This document shows, in pieces, positions 56,801 to 64,000 of a stretch of DNA of 64,000 nucleotides. Under the pieces are notes generated by a model, which saw only the letters and a program-made list of their open reading frames with translations, was not told where the DNA came from and did no database searches. How positions within the stretch are numbered: position 1 is the first letter of the stretch; each line of letters opens with the position of its first letter. The translations under genes were made by a program, and so were the position numbers. Source of the stretch: Utricularia gibba (lineage: Eukaryota > Plantae > Magnoliophyta); assembly GCA_002189035.1 (NCBI GenBank), contig NEEC01000021.1, positions 1,116,001 to 1,180,000 of the forward strand, written 5' to 3'.

Positions 56801-57048
56801 GTGTTTGATAGATAAATTTAAATTTTGTAATGAAAATATATTTTTAATTATGGTTTTAATTATTAGTTTTATATTTATTTTGAAATAGAAGATAAAAAAA
56901 AGCAAATTAGAAATAAATATGGGGTTTAATATAAAATATACTGTTTTCACAATTTTTGATAAATCTTTGTATGTAGATTTTAATTTATCTTAAACTAATT
57001 TGAAATTAAACTATTGAATTAATTATCATTAAACCATCTACCAAACAC
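56801..57048. mobile_element. AT-rich MITE remnant with GTGTTTG(A/G)TAGAT inverted ends
   Basis: GTGTTTGATAGAT (56801-56813) versus ATCTACCAAACAC (57036-57048): 12/13 reverse-complement match. An extra copy of the left end lies at ~56726. Confidence 0.5.
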
Positions 57049-57276
57049 CACATAAGAATCGTTCAATATAATGCATATTTTTGAATATTAATCTTATTTT
57101 ATCATAGTTTATATAGGTTAAAAACGATATTAATCTTATTTTTCAATATTTTAAATAAGTCGATTTGCAAAATGGGAATTAATCTAAATCTAGTGATTTA
57201 TTTTAAAATCAAAAGTGTGCCGAAAGGTTACCGTTACTTTCTTCGAACACCAACGAGTGTTTATTAAGTTCATGTT

Positions 57277-57657
57277 TAGAGATGTCAATGAGTCCAGGTC
57301 AAGTTGGGTTTCGGGTTCAGGTTGTTTGACCTATAAACCCGAACCCGAATCGATACATAAATATTTTAAAAATATTAATAAAATATAATATATTAATGAA
57401 CTTAATAATTAATATATTTTTAATTCTAATTCATCTTTTTAACTTTTAAAATCATTACAGTTAAAATTTGAAAAATATGTAATCAAAACATTTTTAAATT
57501 TCTGTTAGAATTGGAACTGAACCCATTGGATCTCGATTTTTGGGTTCGGGTTTGGGTTCTTGTCGGTCTGGTTCGGGTTCGAGCCCAGCAAAAGGTTCCT
57601 CTGGTGGAGTTCGGTTTTAAGAGTACCCGGACCGAACCCGGCCCATTGATATCCGTA
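57277..57657. mobile_element. Non-autonomous hAT-type element (MITE), 381 bp
   Basis: TIRs TAGAGATGTCAATG and CATTGATATCCGTA (11/14), subterminal CCCGAACCCG/GGGTTCGGG repeats, 8-bp TSD TTCATGTT / TTCGTGTT (7/8). Confidence 0.82.
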
Positions 57658-57914
57658 TTCGTGTTGCAATAGATTCCTAGATGAAACTGCAAGATTGAGT
57701 GCTGTGTAGGTTCTCCAAGATGTGTTTTTTTTGTGGGAAAGGGCATAACAATGGTGGGCTGAAAATGGATGTACAACGTGGTCCACTAACACTGCCTACG
57801 CCATTGCTCATATGATTTGACACATGAAAAAGAAGTGGGAAAATGACAACATTTTGTAACGAAGGGTAAATTGCGCTGCTTTCCTTTCATCTCTGCAACT
57901 TTTTCGTGCCTCCC

Positions 57915-59042
57915 ATGGAGCCCCTTCGAGGTTTGTGTAATCCCTTTGGTTTATACTTGAACAAAGATTGTTGCTTTGTTCGTTTGATGCCCAGATCTTA
58001 GAAAGCCTCTTTGATTCTTGGGGTTGTTTTGTATATGATATTGCATCTAAGTTAGTTTTCTTGTAGTTATTGTGAACTTACTCTGTGTATTTCATTCAGT
58101 TGCTGGGGATGAAGAAGGGGTGCGAGGTTTACTTGATGCAGAGATGGACAACAGGCACTCACCCAGAATGAAAATTGAGGTGAGGGATCTGACAAAGGTT
58201 TCAGACAAGAATGTCATGATTCTAAACAAAGTCAATCTCGACATCCCAAAAGGAGTGATCATGGGGGTGATCGGCCCGAGTGGTAGCGGAAAATCGACGT
58301 TTCTTCGAGCCCTGAATCGTCTCTGGGAGCCGGCGGCCGCCACCGTGTTTCTGGATGGTGTCGATATCTGCAAGCTTGATGCCCTGAATCTCCGTAGGAG
58401 AGTTGGTATGCTGTTCCAAATTCCCGCTCTCTTCCAAGGTAGCAAACCCAATTTCATTTCTTCTGCAGTTCAATGGAGGCTAATGAAATAGTAGAATCTG
58501 TCTGTCTCGAATTCAGGCACGGTTGCGGACAATGTCCGGTACGGGCCACAACTGAAGGGGAGGAAGCTGAGCGAGGAGGAGGTGAAGAAGCTGCTAGCGC
58601 TTGCTGATCTGGACTCCTCGCTGTACGACAGGCCCGGTTCAGAGCTATCAGTCGGCCAGGCTCAAAGGGTGGCTCTTGCCAGAGCCTTGGCAAATGAACC
58701 AGAGGTAAACGAAGCCGGTGGATCGGAACCCGAAGAATACTAAAAACTGAATCCATGGCGATCTGATGGCTGCAGGTGCTGCTGCTGGATGAACCCACCA
58801 GCGCTCTGGATCCAGTGTCCACACAAAACGTGGAAGACATTCTGGTGAAGCTTAAGAGGGAGCGAGGGCTGACGGTGGTCCTGGTATCTCACAGCATTCA
58901 GCAAATCCAGAGAATTGCCGACGTTGTTTGCCTTGTTGTGGAGGGAGAGATTGTTGAGATCCTCCAGCCGCGGAACCTCTCGCAGGCGAAGCATCCCATG
59001 GCGCAGAGGTTTCTCAGCCTCGCCACCCAAACCATTCATTAA
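57915..59042 (+). CDS. STAR1: ABC transporter I family member 17 (STAR1/NAP3; NBD-only, partner of ALS3/STAR2); 4 exons
   Basis: Walker A GPSGSGKS, LRALNRLWEP, GMLFQIPALFQG|TVADNVRYGP, signature LSVGQAQRVALARALANEPE|VLLLDEPTSALD, H-loop VSHSIQQ. The start ATG 57915 with a 16-nt first exon is inferred from splice phase. Confidence 0.93.
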
Positions 59043-59715
59043 CAAACAAAGGATTCCTTCTATGTGAACTGTGAACTGTGAACTGATTCCCATACATTTG
59101 CAAACGCAAGAACAACAAAGAGAGCAGAGAAGAAAGGACACGTGGCTGCTTCATCCGCAGCCTGGGTGTGTGTATCGTGGAGCTGGGCCAAGCTTAAAAC
59201 ATTTGGAAGTGGGCCCACCACGGTATCAAATAGGACAATGGGCGTCACTAATTTCCATATAATTAACCTCTTATTTATTTATGTATATTATACATATACT
59301 CAAAAAAGTAGTATGTTAATAGTATATTCATATTAATTAATCAAACATCGGTTAATGTTTAAACTTAAATATAATTTTTCTATATTATACTATCAAACTC
59401 CCTGTTATCATAATTAATCTCTATTATTTCAAAACAATATCAAAATTGGTCTCTACTGTATTATAGCTTAGCACAATTGATCTTCAAGAATTTCATACAT
59501 CCTATTCACATGAATAGTTTGATATAAATGATCTCCATTATTTAAAATAATTGAAATACTTAGTTTATATTTGTTTACGGATGTTGTAAAACCAGTCTCT
59601 AAAAAAAAAGCCCATCAACACTTGTCATACTATTATTAATCAATCATGAATGATTACTTTTTTCATGACATTCCACCCTCTTTTAGAAAAATATTATTAT
59701 TAGTAAATTATAACT

Positions 59716-59922
59716 TTTAAAATTATATCATGTGCTGATAAACATTATAATTGAGATAGAGATGGAATCAGCGGGAATCCAGTCAGCTAATGCTAATTTT
59801 CCACGAAGTGGGCCACTGATTTTTCCGCCAATGACAATTTATCGGTGATTACTTTTAATTATTTTTTAAAGACTTGGGAGTAGACGCGGTCAAGAGAGTG
59901 TAGTCACATTACAAAAATATTG
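59716..59922 (+). repeat. Copy 2 of the diverged direct repeat, upstream of the LRR-RLK
   Basis: Collinear with 56254-56515; the ERSE-like motif is degenerate here (CTAAT-N9-CCACG). Confidence 0.85.
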
Positions 59923-60630
59923 TTTTAAAATCAAATAAAATATGATGAAATTAATCCTCGTAATCAAATTCTAATTTTTAATATAATTTTTTTAAATAAA
60001 AAATTATCAAGATAAATATTCGAATAAGAGAATAAATAGTGAAAATCAATGATTAAATATATTATTTTTTATTAAATAATTGAAACATAATATTTAATTT
60101 TTATTCAATAATGTTTAGAAATAATTTATTATACAAAAATATTCACAATTTTTTAATGACTTTGGAAAAAGATGCGCAGAGGTCTCTGCCACCTCCATTG
60201 ACTTCTTCTTTTCATATTGAAGTTTTTCTGCAATCCCGGAATGAGAAGTGGGAAACGGGGATGCACAAACGTTTGAGCTGCATGAAGGTGTAAAGGTGGT
60301 GGGTGTATGCTGTTATTTAAGAAAGTTGCCAGTTTTTAAATGGAATGAGTTGTTGACCTTATTCATCTTTTTTTTTTGTCATCTTTTCTTTACTTTACTT
60401 CATCTTACGTTGTGGGCTTGGGTCTTTCTTGGGTTTATTCATCTATTAGTCGGGAAAGCGTTTGTGCTTTGGGTGGAGTTAGTTGGCTGACGAAAGTTTG
60501 ACATTTGCTGTGCTCTCTTCTGGGTCACTAATGGCGGAGATTTATCTTGTTTCTTTATTCCTGCTTTGTAAATTACTGATTCCTTCATGCAGGATTCAGT
60601 TCTATAGAGATAATTCATGATCTTGGAGTT

Positions 60631-63600
60631 ATGGCGATTGTTGGGGCACCTTATAAGACCCGGACAAAAATGATGGCCGCTTTGGTTTTGGGTTTATGCT
60701 GGTTTTCAGTTCCTGTGGCCTCAGGTGGTTCAAGAACAGCTCCAAGTGAAGGTAGTTGTTTTTCTAAATAAGTTTATTCATGCATCTTCCCCTTCAGGAA
60801 AGGTATTTACTTGGAAGCTCTGCTGAGTCATGTGTTGATGTAGCCTGTTGATTGGCTGCACCTTAGCAAGATTCCAAGTTCTTAAAGCTCTGTTGCATGT
60901 TTGGAATGCTGTATCGAAGATTCCTCAAAGCCTTCCTTATCCGCATCTGAATTCTGATCATCTCTGATATGTGTGGCTGCTTCAATGCAGTGCGAGCTCT
61001 GAGAGCCACACGGAGAAGTTTGATTGATCCGCATGGGAATCTAAGAAACTGGGCACGAGGGGATCCGTGTACTTCAAATTGGACAGGAATTACATGCTAT
61101 AATACAACAATTGATGATGGCTTCCTCCATGTTAGAGAGATGTATGAATTGAAATATCTTTATTTTCCTATTTGCTTGAATACCATCATACTGTAACCTG
61201 TCCTTTTATGTCTTACTTGTGTGTCATTGCTTGTCTATGCAGTCTGTTATATACTAGAAATCTTTCAGGAAGTTTATCTCCAGCACTTGAGCATCTCTCG
61301 TACCTGAAAATACTGTGAGTTCATTCATACTACGGTCCTGTCAAATGAGCATACACATTTTCCTTGTGTTCCACTTTCCTGTAATCACTTACTCTCACCG
61401 TCTCGTTTTAGTGATTTTATGTGGAACAACATCAGTGGGAGCATACCGAAGGAGATAGGCAACATTGCATCACTAGAATTACTGTGAGTTGGTTTAGCCT
61501 TTTGCTCTGCGTTCTTTGCTCCCACTTCATACCGGTGATGATGCTTCAAATGTACTCCTTTGCCTTTTTTCCCCCTTCATTTATTACCTATGGCTCGTAT
61601 CTGTCTTACAGACTTCTCAACGGGAATCAACTGACAGGCTCGTTGCCTGAGGAGCTAGGAAAACTTTCCAACATGGACAGAATACAGGTAGACCAGAACC
61701 ATATATCAGGACCAATCCCTGCATCATTTGCCAATTTGACAAGTACACGACACTTGTAAGTCTCCTTAAGTTTTCTAACTGCTGCTTTCATAACTTTTTA
61801 TTTGTACATTATCATTTGGATTCTCTCCGATTCACTATTTCATGTTTCCAATAATGAGCAGCCATATGAACAATAATTCCCTCAGTGGACAAATACCTCC
61901 AGAGTTATCTCGACTACCAAAACTTGTACATCTGTGAGTTGAACATTCTGTTACAGAACACATCATTGATCTATTCATTTTGCTGAAAGTTCTCATACAG
62001 GCTGCTGGATAATAACAATTTATCGGGATACATTCCACCAGGACTTGCTGAAATGCCTATTATACAGATTATGTAAGAACTGTTGCCATCGTCTGGCCTT
62101 TATTTTATCATTAATCTTGTTGACTCCATCTAGCTTATTGGTTGTTTTGGTTACTCATTTGAACCCTCTTACAGACAACTCGATAACAACAACTTTGGTG
62201 GCACAATTATTCCATCCCAATTCGGCAATATTTCAACTCTGTTGAAGCTGTAAGCAAAAGCAAGCTTTGTTTATGTTACAATTTTTATTTTAGACCTTCT
62301 TGTAAATTTTTTCTACCCATCTTGCTGAGGTGAAATGTATGCCACTTGTTTGCTCCCCTCTTCTGCATCAGGAGTTTGCGGAACTGCAGCTTACGAGGCC
62401 CCATTCCTGACTTGAGCAATAATACCTTTATCGCCTACATGTGAGTTCACAGGCATCACAGGCATTGTTGATTTGAAACAAGAACATGGGCCTGCATCAA
62501 ATGATTTCTTATAGTACCTTATCATGGAATAAAAATGCATATCCATTCTGGGATATTTTTGCATACTTCATTTTAAGTTGACAATATTGATATATGTATT
62601 TTTTTATTTCAGTGATTTGAGCCATAATCAGCTCGAAGGGAACCTACCTGCCGATTCATTATCTCCAAATATCACTACAATGTAAGCCATGATATTTTGT
62701 ATAATCTAGCTCTGCTGATGCACATCAAGAAAGAAGAAAAATTGCTCTGAAATGGTTTAATCTCTTGTCATGCAGCGATCTGTCAAACAACAATTTGACT
62801 GGAATGATTCCTCCTAGTTTTTCTGGTCTTCCTCATTTGCAAAAGCTGTAAGAAATAATTACCTTTTGTTATTACGTTACCATCTAGAGTTTCTGATAAT
62901 CAACAAACTGTGTAAACTCTTTTTTAAATCCTCTTCCTGCAGGTCATTGGCTAACAACTCCATGAGTGGTCCTATTCCATCTACCATTTGGCAAAATAGG
63001 GCAATGAGTTCAAACCATAGTCTTATTCTGTAAGCAATAATGCACTATATCTTGTTTTCCCTGAAAGTAACACAAGATTGTGTTTTGTGTTTGTTGGAGC
63101 ATTTTGTTGTTCAAGTGTCTACAAAAGCATGTAAAGTGCTTGGTTGAAAGAGTTGCTCAAGAGAAACAAACCTTCCAATCTGAAAGTTTATGTGGATGGG
63201 CTAACATTATGCATTGTTTCTGAGTTTTGCAGAGACTTCAGATTCAACAGCTTTTCAAGTATCACTGGCAGCCTTCCTGTCCAAGGGCACATGAGACTTG
63301 GGTATGCTGATTGCATATTTTCTTTTTCACATGTTTTCATGCCTGTTTCTTTCTTGTTTGTTTGTTCAGAAGAGAATTCCCACAAGGTTTTTGCTTGTAC
63401 CTGAATACCACACTAATATGTTAGGCTTCAAGGCAACCCCATATGCTCCAGTAGCATCCTAACTGCAGTGTGCGGGCCTCATCAAGGTTTCAGGGAGAGC
63501 GTGAACAATACCAATCCTGCTACTTGTCTTCCTCAATCATGCCCACCTCCTTATGAGTATGCTCCTGCATCTCCCCAAACTGCATGCTTTTGTGCTGCCC

Positions 63601-64000
63601 CTCTTCTTGTTGGATATCGGTTGAAGAGTCCCGGGTTCTCCAACTTTGCTCCATACCTCTCCACCTTTGTGGACTATGTGACCTCTAGTCTCGATATGAA
63701 TCCCTATCAGCTTGAGATTGACTCATTGGCATGGCAAGAAGGACCTCGTCTCAGAATGCATCTCAAGTTTTTTCCAGCCTATGTGAATAACACTGTCCGG
63801 TTATTTAACACAAGTGAGGTTCATCGGCTAGAAAGCTGGTTCAGTGGATGGAGATTTCATGGCAATACAATTTTTGGACCTTATGAGTTCCTTAACTTCA
63901 CACTCGCAGAGCCTTACCGTGCTGGTAAGCTGCTTATTCTTTATTCATGCTATCTGAAATGGATCTTGGATTGTTGTACTCTGAGTGAAGGTTAGTTGTT
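60631..64000 (+). CDS. LRR receptor-like kinase (LRR-VIII-1 type, one LRR per exon); 5' part only
   Basis: Signal peptide; LRRNT ([20 protein letters not shown]); 72-nt LRR exons ([44 protein letters not shown]); ectodomain [19 protein letters not shown] and [15 protein letters not shown]; [11 protein letters not shown]. Confidence 0.93.

Overview
Gene-dense genomic DNA from a flowering plant (eudicot). It holds 14 protein-coding genes, about 1 per 4.6 kb, and many introns are only 60-100 nt. A compact genome is inferred; the species cannot be fixed from the sequence alone. Gene order: SPIRRIG-type BEACH gene (-, runs off the left edge), NEK kinase (-), SULTR3 sulfate transporter (+), CYP86A (-), M1 aminopeptidase N (+), MYB103-like (-), ROH1-like (+), a 67-aa twin-CX9C protein missed by the ORF track (+), V-ATPase subunit H (+), clade E-like PP2C (-), IDI (-), SIN2 GTPase (+), RPT2 (-), STAR1/ABCI17 (+) and an LRR-RLK (+, runs off the right edge). 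The most unusual element is a ~1.8 kb, strand-asymmetric array of roughly 70-80 degenerate 23-24 bp units. Each unit has a conserved YGGGCTGGGCCGCA-like core, which contains a TCP site II motif, plus a variable spacer. The array ends ~180 bp upstream of the VHA-H start codon. Other oddities: an apparently gained 63-nt intron in ROH1 with CAGGT at both junctions; loss of the canonical MGSC start in the PP2C with a possible replacement N-terminus; a diverged direct repeat bracketing STAR1; a hAT MITE with an 8-bp TSD in the STAR1 promoter; 5- and 12-nt microexons encoding a catalytic segment of the aminopeptidase; and three -1 frameshifts that may be assembly errors. All calls were made by eye and from remembered homologs; no searches were run.
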